A program made the translations under genes and the position numbers. A stretch of 64,000 bases of DNA from Candidatus Aminicenantes bacterium (GTDB lineage: Bacteria; Acidobacteriota; Aminicenantia; Aminicenantales; JAFGAV01). This document shows, one piece after another, positions 26,348-33,731 of this stretch. The DNA lies in assembly GCA_016933515.1 (NCBI GenBank), contig JAFGAV010000063.1:3629-67628 (forward strand), written 5' to 3'. Within the stretch, counting starts at the first letter, position 1. Each line of letters begins with the position of its first letter. The notes beneath the pieces were generated by a model, which was not told the DNA's origin, did not search any database, and saw nothing but the letters and a program-made list of their open reading frames with translations.

Positions 26348-27112
26348 TCAGCTGATTTCGCCTGTCAGGTAGGCCCGGGTGCGGGGGTCGCGGGGCCGTT
26401 CGAACACTTTCTCGGCCGGGCCGTGCTCCACGACTTCGCCCAGGTAGAGGAAGACGATATAATCGGCGATCCGCTTGGCCTGCCGCAGAATGTGAGTGAC
26501 AACGACGACGGTGTAATCCGATTTGAGGTCGATGAGGCGCTGTTCGACATGCTTGGAAGACTGGGGATCGAGGGCCGAGGTCGGCTCGTCGCCCAGGATG
26601 ATCCCGGGCTCGGCCGCCAGGCCGCGCGCCAGGCACAGCCGCTGCTGCTGGCCGACCGAAAGCTCGGAGGCCGGGGTCGCCAAGCGGTCCTTGACTTCTT
26701 CCCACAGGCCGGCCAGCTTCAAATAGTGCTCCACCGTCCGGGCCAGCGTCTTTTTCTCGCGCAAGCCGTGTATGCGGGGGGCAAACGCCACGTTGTCGAA
26801 GATCGACATGGGCAGCACCTGGGGTTTCTGGGAGAGCAGGCCCATTTTCCGCCGGATGTGGGTCACCTCGACGTCCGGACTGTAAATGTTCTCGCCGTCG
26901 ACCAGGATCCGGCCATGGACCCGAAGGCCTTCAGAGGGATCGAGGAGGCGGTTGAGGGACTTGAGGAGCGTCGTCTTGCCGCAGCCCGACGGGCCGACGA
27001 TGACCGTGATCCGGCGGTCGGGGATGTCGAGAGTGATGTCCTTGAGGATGCGCCGGCTTCCGTGATTGACGTTGAGATTCTGAATGCTGATGTGCGTTCT
27101 GAAGCCTTCCAT
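26348..27112 (-). CDS. pstB: phosphate ABC transporter ATP-binding protein PstB
   Basis: GPSGCGKTTLLKSLNRL, LSVGQQQRLCLAR, ILGDEPTSALD, with the characteristic PstB C-terminus PRDPRTRAYLTGEIS. Confidence 0.95.
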   Translation of the reverse strand: MEGFRTHISIQNLNVNHGSRRILKDITLDIPDRRITVIVGPSGCGKTTLLKSLNRLLDPSEGLRVHGRILVDGENIYSPDVEVTHIRRKMGLLSQKPQVLPMSIFDNVAFAPRIHGLREKKTLARTVEHYLKLAGLWEEVKDRLATPASELSVGQQQRLCLARGLAAEPGIILGDEPTSALDPQSSKHVEQRLIDLKSDYTVVVVTHILRQAKRIADYIVFLYLGEVVEHGPAEKVFERPRDPRTRAYLTGEIS

Positions 27113-27123
27113 GGTCCCCTCTC

Positions 27124-28077
27124 CTAACGGATCGTGTGCCTTGAATATTTCCTGACCGCGGCGCGTGAGATCAGGCTTATGGCCAGGATGAGGACGGTCA
27201 AGACGGCCGCCGAGGCATAGGCCCGCTCCCGGACCTCGGCGAAGGGCGTGCCGAGCTGAAAAAAGATGGCCAGGGGCAGCGTGGCCGCCGGCTGGAGGAG
27301 CGATGTCGGCACCCGGTCCGTGAACCCGGCGGTGAACAGGACCGAAGCTGCGTCACCGATCCCGCGGCCGAAAGCGATGAGCACGGCCGTCAGGATGCCG
27401 GGCAGAGTCTGGCGGACGACGACCCGAAAGGCCGTCTCCAGACGCGTGGCGCCCAAAGAGTAGGCGGCGTCCGTCAAGTCGCGGGGCACGAGGCGGACGA
27501 CTTCGTCCATGGCCCGGCTCATGATCGGCAGCTCAAGCAGGGCCACGGTGAGGATGCCGGCCAGAAGCGAGGTCCGGAGCCCGATGAAGACCATGAGCAG
27601 GAAGCCGAAGGCGCCGTAAACGATCGACGGCACGCCCCACAGGACATCAAAAGAAAAGCGGATGAAACCGGCCGTCCGGGAACGGCGGCCCGTATAGACA
27701 TTGAGATAAAGAACGATGGGCAGGCTGACGAGGAGAGCGAGCAGCGTCGCCCCCCCGGCCAGGGCGAGCGAGCCCAGGATGGCGTTGAGGATGCCGCCCT
27801 CCTTGCCCAGGTAGAATCCTCCCTTAGGGGTCTGGAAAATCATGGACAGCTTGAGTGCCGGAAGGCCTTTCCAGACGATCGTGCCGACAATGAAGACCAG
27901 GCAACCGACGACAAGGAAAAGGGCCAGGCCCATCAGAGCCTTGAACGCCTTCTCCTCAGCCTTGCGCCTCCGCCACCAGCCTGGACTCTGCCCGCCGAGA
28001 AGATCGAGCCGGCCATGGAGGGCGGCGCTCGATCCGGGGCTTTTCGGTCTTCCGCCGGCCGGACGCTTTCTCCTCAC
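27124..28077 (-). CDS. pstA: phosphate ABC transporter permease PstA
   Basis: Multi-TM permease with EAA-like loop DAAYSLGATRLETAFRVV. The proposed GTG start at 28077 forms a GTGA overlap with the pstC stop. The longer track ORF (to 28395) overlaps pstC and is rejected. Confidence 0.8.
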   Translation of the reverse strand: MRRKRPAGGRPKSPGSSAALHGRLDLLGGQSPGWWRRRKAEEKAFKALMGLALFLVVGCLVFIVGTIVWKGLPALKLSMIFQTPKGGFYLGKEGGILNAILGSLALAGGATLLALLVSLPIVLYLNVYTGRRSRTAGFIRFSFDVLWGVPSIVYGAFGFLLMVFIGLRTSLLAGILTVALLELPIMSRAMDEVVRLVPRDLTDAAYSLGATRLETAFRVVVRQTLPGILTAVLIAFGRGIGDAASVLFTAGFTDRVPTSLLQPAATLPLAIFFQLGTPFAEVRERAYASAAVLTVLILAISLISRAAVRKYSRHTIR

Positions 28078-29063
28078 CCCGCCGTCCTCTCGGCCCGGAT
28101 GAGTATCATGCGGGCGGCGACATTGAAAGTCAAAACGACAAGCATCAGGATCAGGGCGGCCAGCATCAAAGCCGAGTCGTAGAGCGGCACGGACATCATT
28201 TCCCCGTAGTTGTTGGCCAGCAAGGCCGGAAGGGGGTAACCGGGATCGAAAAGAGATTTCGGGACGCGGGGGATGTTGCCCACGACCATGAGAACGGCCA
28301 TGGTCTCGCCGAAAGCGCGCGAAAGACCCAGGACCACGGCGGCGATGATCCCCTGACGGCTTTTGCGCAGCACGACTTTTTTCGCGACTTCCCACCGGTT
28401 GGCCCCCAGGGACAGGGCCGCGTCCCTGAGGTCCTTGGAAACCGAGGAGAACACTTCCAGGGAGACGTGGATGATCGTGGGGAACACCATGATGGCCAGG
28501 ACGATCCCGCCGGCCAGGATGCTGTAGCCGCTGGAAGAGACGCCCAGCATGCTGGCAAGCCTTTCCACAAAAGGCACGATCACGAGAACGCCCCAGACGC
28601 CGTAAACCACCGAAGGCAGTCCGGCGAGGAGATCGACCATGGGCCGGGCGGCATGGCGCATCCGCCGGGGCGCGTATTCGGAAAGGGTAACGGCGGTGAG
28701 CAGCGAGATGGGGACGGCGATGACCATGGCCACAACGGTCACGGCCAGCGTTCCGGCCAGGAAAGCCAGCATGCCGAACTCTCCCTGGCTGGGCTTCCAG
28801 GTCGTTCCGAGCAGCAGCCGCCCGAGAGGCTTCACGGCCAGGATGGCCCGGGCCTTCCAGAAGAGCCCGAACAGCATGACGAACACGAGAAGTCCCGGAA
28901 CGAGCGTCAGGCCGAACAGGAACCGCCGGGCCGCGAGATCCTTGATCAGCCGCCTTTTCCTTGAAGGAGCGGGGCCGTCTGTCTCGAGGACGGCCAGAAT
29001 CCCGTCCGTTCTCTGAGGCTTTTTCCCAACTCCGTCGCTTTTTTGAAGAAGCCGAAATCTCAT
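28074..29063 (-). CDS. pstC: phosphate ABC transporter permease PstC
   Basis: Multi-TM permease with DAALSLGANRWEVAKKVVL loop; gene order pstS-C-A-B. Confidence 0.9.
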   Translation of the reverse strand: MRFRLLQKSDGVGKKPQRTDGILAVLETDGPAPSRKRRLIKDLAARRFLFGLTLVPGLLVFVMLFGLFWKARAILAVKPLGRLLLGTTWKPSQGEFGMLAFLAGTLAVTVVAMVIAVPISLLTAVTLSEYAPRRMRHAARPMVDLLAGLPSVVYGVWGVLVIVPFVERLASMLGVSSSGYSILAGGIVLAIMVFPTIIHVSLEVFSSVSKDLRDAALSLGANRWEVAKKVVLRKSRQGIIAAVVLGLSRAFGETMAVLMVVGNIPRVPKSLFDPGYPLPALLANNYGEMMSVPLYDSALMLAALILMLVVLTFNVAARMILIRAERTAG

Positions 29064-29168
29064 TCGGTCACTCCCGCCCTATGACGCGAATCCGGGAAAC
29101 GATGATCGGCCTGAACGAAACGCTCCGGGCAAAGGACGAATCCCGTGAACGCATGTCCCGGCCCGGAA

Positions 29169-30254
29169 TCATGAATCGCGCTCCAAAACCCGGTTCCCGA
29201 TCAGCGTCCTCCGGCTTTCGATTGTATCGGACGCCAAAGGTATGTATCCCGCTTCGCGCACGAATTTCTGCCCTTCTTTGAGGATCCACGCCAGGAATCG
29301 CCTGACTACGGGACGGGAAGGCCTTCCTTTGGTGACAAAATAGAGCTCGCGGGCGGGCGGCGAGGGATACGCTCCCCGCTCGATGGCGGCGATGATCTCG
29401 TTGCGTCCGCCGAAAAAGTCCTCCTCTGCGTCCACGCATCCGTTTCCGTTCCCGTCCACGGGGATGACGACCAGCCCGTTCACCGGCTTCAAGGTTGCGG
29501 GATCATAAGCGAAATTGATGTTGTTGTAGCCCACGGCCAGAGGATCGCGGATGACGGCGTCGGCCAGGCCCGGGTCGCCGTAAACGGCGATGCCCAAAAG
29601 ATCCTCCTGTTTTTTCCTAAAAAAAGCGGCCCATGTTTCGGCCGCCCCGCAGGCGTCCGAACGGGTGAAAACATGAATATCGGCCTTGGCGCCGTTGGCC
29701 AGGACGTCGTTCCAGGACCTCGCCCGGCCGGTGATGAAGATCGCCTCGAACTCGCTTTTCTTCACCCCTCGTCTCAGGAGGTCTTTGAGAAAAGGATTCC
29801 GCCCCGAAATCGTGGGAACGACGGCGTCTTTTGTGACCGCCAAGGCGAAGGCGCCCCTGGCCGTCTCCTGGGGATGAAGATCCCGGGAGACCATGCCGAT
29901 ATCGACCATGCCCGACAGGGCGTCGGCGATTCCCTTGCCCGCTCCGCCGGCCTGGATGTCGATGCGCACCCCGGGGTGCGCCTTGCGGAATTCCTCGGCC
30001 CACCTGACGGCCATGGGGTAGAGCGCCCAGGCGCCCGAGAGGCTGATCGTGCCCTTGAGCGCCTCGGCCGTGGTCGGAGAGGGAACGCGGGCGGAACGGC
30101 CGATAACCAGGAACAGAAACGCGAGGGCGGACACGAGGAGAACGGCCGCCGCAGGCTTCCTCATCCTCCTTGCCGAAAAGCCCCGCTCGGTTTTCGGTCC
30201 GGTCGGAGCGTTCATGGTTTCGTTTCCTGTCCCGCGCTTCGCCTCGGTGCTCAT
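29169..30254 (-). CDS. pstS: phosphate-binding periplasmic protein (PstS family)
   Basis: Signal/anchor segment AAAVLLVSALAFLFLV, then ISLSGAWALYP...IQAGGAGKGIADAL...TRSDACGAAE (PBP-like-2 pattern). The start may instead be the internal Met (MRKPAAAV). Confidence 0.85.
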   Translation of the reverse strand: MSTEAKRGTGNETMNAPTGPKTERGFSARRMRKPAAAVLLVSALAFLFLVIGRSARVPSPTTAEALKGTISLSGAWALYPMAVRWAEEFRKAHPGVRIDIQAGGAGKGIADALSGMVDIGMVSRDLHPQETARGAFALAVTKDAVVPTISGRNPFLKDLLRRGVKKSEFEAIFITGRARSWNDVLANGAKADIHVFTRSDACGAAETWAAFFRKKQEDLLGIAVYGDPGLADAVIRDPLAVGYNNINFAYDPATLKPVNGLVVIPVDGNGNGCVDAEEDFFGGRNEIIAAIERGAYPSPPARELYFVTKGRPSRPVVRRFLAWILKEGQKFVREAGYIPLASDTIESRRTLIGNRVLERDS

Positions 30255-30341
30255 GCCGCCTCCCCGAAACGGACGGACAGTACGGGCGGGTTTTTTTTGA
30301 TGAGATCAAATGATTCGGTCAACAGTCGGCCTTCAAAAGAA

Positions 30342-30794
30342 TCATCTTTTTTTCTTACGGATCCCTCCGGCGGCCGGAAGCCGGCGAGCCCTGCGGGCCA
30401 GGTCGGCGAAGGTCGTCCGTTCCAGGATCCGGGCCACGGCGTCCCGCACATCCTTCCAGAGCCAGCGCAGCCCGCAGGTGGCCTCCAAAGGGCAGACCTC
30501 GTGGGCCGTGACCGAAACGCAATCGATGGGCGCCAGGGGGCCGTCCATGACTCGGATGACCTCGGCGACGGTGATTTCCGCGGGCGGCCGGGCCAAATGG
30601 TAGCCGCCGTGCGGCCCCTTCTTGCTTCTCAGGTAGCCGGCCCGTTTGAGCAAAAGCAGGATCTGCTCCAAAAACCGCTCGGGGATGTGCTGGGCCTGCG
30701 AGATGTCGCGGATGTGGAGCGGCCGGCGGGGCCAGTTCAGGGAGAGCTCGAGCATGGCCCGGCTGGCGTATTCGCCTCTCGTCGAAAGCCTCAT
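30342..30794 (-). CDS. Rrf2-family transcriptional regulator with a three-Cys cluster
   Basis: MRLSTRGEYASRAMLEL...ISQAQHIPERFLEQILLLLKRAGYL (wHTH), then C-x9-C-x5-C (DCVSVTAHEVCPLEATCG). ATG 30794 has GAGG 9 nt upstream. Confidence 0.85.
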   Translation of the reverse strand: MRLSTRGEYASRAMLELSLNWPRRPLHIRDISQAQHIPERFLEQILLLLKRAGYLRSKKGPHGGYHLARPPAEITVAEVIRVMDGPLAPIDCVSVTAHEVCPLEATCGLRWLWKDVRDAVARILERTTFADLARRARRLPAAGGIRKKKR

Positions 30795-30812
30795 GTTCGG
30801 CGGCCTCAATAA

Positions 30813-30835
30813 TAGTCGATAATTTCAATTGACTA
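30813..30835. promoter_or_regulatory. inverted repeat TAGTC-N13-GACTA in the Rrf2/kinase divergent region (candidate operator)
   Basis: Perfect 5-bp arms centred on CAATTG, 19-41 nt upstream of the Rrf2 start codon. Confidence 0.25.
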
Positions 30836-30849
30836 ACTATCATAATGAC

Positions 30850-30874
30850 GGGCCGCCTGTCAAGCGGCCCTTTT
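30850..30874 (+). terminator. terminator-like hairpin in the leader of the second kinase gene (GGGCCGC-N7-GCGGCCC-TTTT)
   Basis: 7-bp GC stem, 7-nt loop and T4 run, + strand, 40 nt upstream of ATG 30915. No + strand gene lies upstream. Confidence 0.4.
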
Positions 30875-30914
30875 CTCCCGACGGCACTTGAGCTATCATA
30901 TTTCTCCCCCGAAC

Positions 30915-32912
30915 ATGAAAAGACGCCGCCGTTGGCTCCGGTTTTCCGACCTGCCTCTGAGACTGAAGTTCTTCCTCGGCTTCCTGGCGGTCATCTTTTT
31001 CGGCGGGATCCTGTCGCTTTTCTTCGGCACTCGTCTCGAACACAAAACGATTTTCGACCTGGCCCAGGCCAAAGTGCGCCATGACCTCTCTTCCGCCCGG
31101 ATGGTCTACAGCGAACGGTTGAACGACATCCGCGACATCGTCCGACTCAACGCCGGACGGGAGTCCGTCCGCGCGGGTTTGGGCGCCGGGGACTTTGACG
31201 CTCTCCGGGCGGCCCTCGCCCCCATTCGGCACGAGTTCGGCTTGGACATCATCACCCTGACCGACGCCCGGGGCCGCGTGGTCTTCCGGCTGCGCAACCC
31301 GGAAGTGGCCGGGGACGACCAGTCGCGCGACTCCCTCGTGCGCCGGGCTCTCCGGCGGGCGACCGTCGTCGGAACGGAAATCATGACTCGGGAGGAGCTT
31401 CTCAAGGAAGGCGAAGACTTGGCCCGAAAGGCCCTTCTGCCCGTCAAGCCCACGCCCATGGCCGCGCCTCGGATCGACGATCGGGAGGAAAACGGGATGC
31501 TTCTCAAGGCCGCTTCGCCGGTCCTGGACGGGGACGGCGCCCTTCTGGGCGTCCTCGTGGGAGGGATTCTCCTCAACCGCAATTACGACATCGTCGACCG
31601 GGTCAAGGACACCGTCTTCAAGGGAGAGCGCTACAAAGGCAAGGAGATCGGAACGGTGACGATCTTTCAAAACGACCTCCGCATCTCGACCAACGTCAAG
31701 GACGAGAGCGGCGGCCGGGCCGTCGGCACGCGGGTCTCGCGCGAGGTCAACCAGGCCGTCCTCCAGGAAGGGAGGCCGTGGATCGGGCGGGCCTTCGTCG
31801 TCAGCCACTGGTACATCACCGCCTATGAGCCTATCCGGAACCTCGACGGCCGCACCATCGGCATGCTCTACGTGGGCATGCTGGAGAAGCCTTATATCGA
31901 CCTCCGCAACCGGGTCATGCTGACCTTCACCGGGATCGCCGCGGCCTGCACCGCCCTCCTTCTGCTGCTGATGTTCGTCATCATCACCTCGGTCATCGAA
32001 CCCCTGCGCCGGATGGTGACCGCCACCCAGCGCATCGCCCAGGGAGATCTGGACCACAAAGTCGTCCGCGACTCCCAGGACGAAATCGGCCAACTGGCTC
32101 TATCCTTCAACCGCATGACCGACAAGCTCAAAGAGGCCAATGAAGGCCTCCTCCAATGGACGCACACCCTGGAGGGCCGCGTCGAGGAGCGCGCCGAGGA
32201 GCTCCGCCGCATGCAGGACGTCCTTGTCCAGTCGGAAAAGATGGCCTCCTTGGGCAAGATCAGCGCCGGCGTGGCCCACGAAATCAACAACCCTTTGACC
32301 TCCATCCTCCTCAACACCCATCTGATGCTGGAAAAAATCGATGCCTCGCATCCCTTCCATGAAAGCCTGAGCCTCATCGCCGACGAGACCACCCGCTGCT
32401 CCCAGATCGTCAAGGGCCTCCTGGAGTTCGCCCGCCAGAACCCGCCGCAGAAGGTCAAGGCGGACATCAACGTCCTGCTGGAGAAAACGGTGGGCCTCCT
32501 TGAAAACCAGGCGGCCTTCCACAACATTATCATCGTCAGGAGCCTGGCCGACGGCCTCCCCGCCCTTTGGCTGGACAAGACGAAAATCCAACAGGTCTTC
32601 TGGAACCTGATGATCAACGCCGCCGAGTCCATGCCGCGGGGGGGAACGCTGATGATTTCCAGCCGCCTTGCGGCCGACGCACAGGGCGTCGAAGTGCGGT
32701 TCACGGATTCGGGGACGGGAATCCCCCCCGAAATCCTGGACAAGCTGTTCGACCCCTTCTTCACCACCAAGAGCTCGGGCACCGGCCTGGGCCTGTCGAT
32801 GTGTTACGGCATCGTGGAGCAGCACCGGGGAAAAATCACCGTGGAAAGCGACCTGGGACACGGTGCGTCCTTCACCGTCAGCCTGCCTATCGAACAGGAC
32901 GGGCAATCCTGA
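30915..32912 (+). CDS. sensor histidine kinase, paralogue of 14295-16277 (TM - Cache-like - TM - HAMP - HisKA - HATPase)
   Basis: Collinear with the first kinase, sharing long identical runs (FKGERYKG, TIFQNDLRISTNV, AVGTRVSR, WYITAYEP, VQSEK.ASLGK, AHEINNPL). ATG 30915 is preferred over TTG 30888. Confidence 0.9.
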   Translation: MKRRRRWLRFSDLPLRLKFFLGFLAVIFFGGILSLFFGTRLEHKTIFDLAQAKVRHDLSSARMVYSERLNDIRDIVRLNAGRESVRAGLGAGDFDALRAALAPIRHEFGLDIITLTDARGRVVFRLRNPEVAGDDQSRDSLVRRALRRATVVGTEIMTREELLKEGEDLARKALLPVKPTPMAAPRIDDREENGMLLKAASPVLDGDGALLGVLVGGILLNRNYDIVDRVKDTVFKGERYKGKEIGTVTIFQNDLRISTNVKDESGGRAVGTRVSREVNQAVLQEGRPWIGRAFVVSHWYITAYEPIRNLDGRTIGMLYVGMLEKPYIDLRNRVMLTFTGIAAACTALLLLLMFVIITSVIEPLRRMVTATQRIAQGDLDHKVVRDSQDEIGQLALSFNRMTDKLKEANEGLLQWTHTLEGRVEERAEELRRMQDVLVQSEKMASLGKISAGVAHEINNPLTSILLNTHLMLEKIDASHPFHESLSLIADETTRCSQIVKGLLEFARQNPPQKVKADINVLLEKTVGLLENQAAFHNIIIVRSLADGLPALWLDKTKIQQVFWNLMINAAESMPRGGTLMISSRLAADAQGVEVRFTDSGTGIPPEILDKLFDPFFTTKSSGTGLGLSMCYGIVEQHRGKITVESDLGHGASFTVSLPIEQDGQS

Positions 32913-32941
32913 TATGATGGACATCCTTTAGGGAGGCATTC

Positions 32942-33709
32942 ATGAGTGAACCATCCAAAACCCGCATTCTTGTCGTCGACGACGAGATCACCGTCTGCAA
33001 GAGCATTCGTCAGGTTCTCCTCTCCGAAGACGTCGAAGTCGACACCGCCCTGAGCGGCGAAGAGGCCCTCAAAAAAGACGAGGACACCTCGTTCGACGTC
33101 GTCATCACCGACCTGATGATGCCCGGCATCAGCGGTCTCGAGCTCCTCGAGCGCCTCAAGGTTCGCCGCCCGGCCGTGAGCCTCATCATGATCACCGGCT
33201 ATCCGACGATCAAGACCGCCGTCCAAGCCGTCAAACTCGGCGCGTTCGATTACCTGCCCAAGCCCTTCACGCCGGCCGAGCTGAGGAGCTTGGTTTCCCG
33301 GGCTCATCGAAAAGCGGGCGGCGCCGATGAAGACCCAGTGAGCCGGAAAATGCCCGCCGGCCTGCATTACATGCTGGGGCACACCTGGCTCAAGACGGAA
33401 AAGGGCGCGACCGGCCGGGTCGGCGTGGTCCACGAATTCAGCCGGACCCTTCCGCCCCTGAAACAGGTCGAACTCCCGGAAAAAGGCTCTTTCGTCGCTC
33501 AGGGGGAAATGTGCGCCCGGGTTATCGGCGAAGACGGCCTCGTTCATCGCATCTGGTCGCCGGCCGGCGGCAGAATCATCGAGGTCAATTCGCAGCTCCC
33601 GGACGAGCCGTCTCTTCTCAAAACTTCGCCCTACCACCAAGGCTGGATTTTCCGGCTCGAAACAAGCAACCTGGACGAGGACCTCAAGGGCCTCATCCAG
33701 TCGAAATGA
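32942..33709 (+). CDS. response regulator: receiver domain fused to a glycine-cleavage-H-like (lipoyl-fold) domain lacking the lipoyl lysine
   Basis: REC: ILVVDDE...VITDLMMPG...KPF. C-terminal HYMLGHTWLK...GRVGVVHEF...VELPEKGSFVAQGE...SPAGGRIIEVN...SPYHQGWIFRLE aligns by eye with GcvH. Confidence 0.8.
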   Translation: MSEPSKTRILVVDDEITVCKSIRQVLLSEDVEVDTALSGEEALKKDEDTSFDVVITDLMMPGISGLELLERLKVRRPAVSLIMITGYPTIKTAVQAVKLGAFDYLPKPFTPAELRSLVSRAHRKAGGADEDPVSRKMPAGLHYMLGHTWLKTEKGATGRVGVVHEFSRTLPPLKQVELPEKGSFVAQGEMCARVIGEDGLVHRIWSPAGGRIIEVNSQLPDEPSLLKTSPYHQGWIFRLETSNLDEDLKGLIQSK

Positions 33710-33731
33710 GGGGCCGGGCCGCCGCGGATTC

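Noticed and set aside
28078-28395. N-terminal 106-codon extension of the pstA ORF
   Set aside because: It overlaps the 3' end of pstC in another frame and is Arg/Gly-rich. A GTG at 28077 gives the classic GTGA stop/start coupling and a normal-size PstA.
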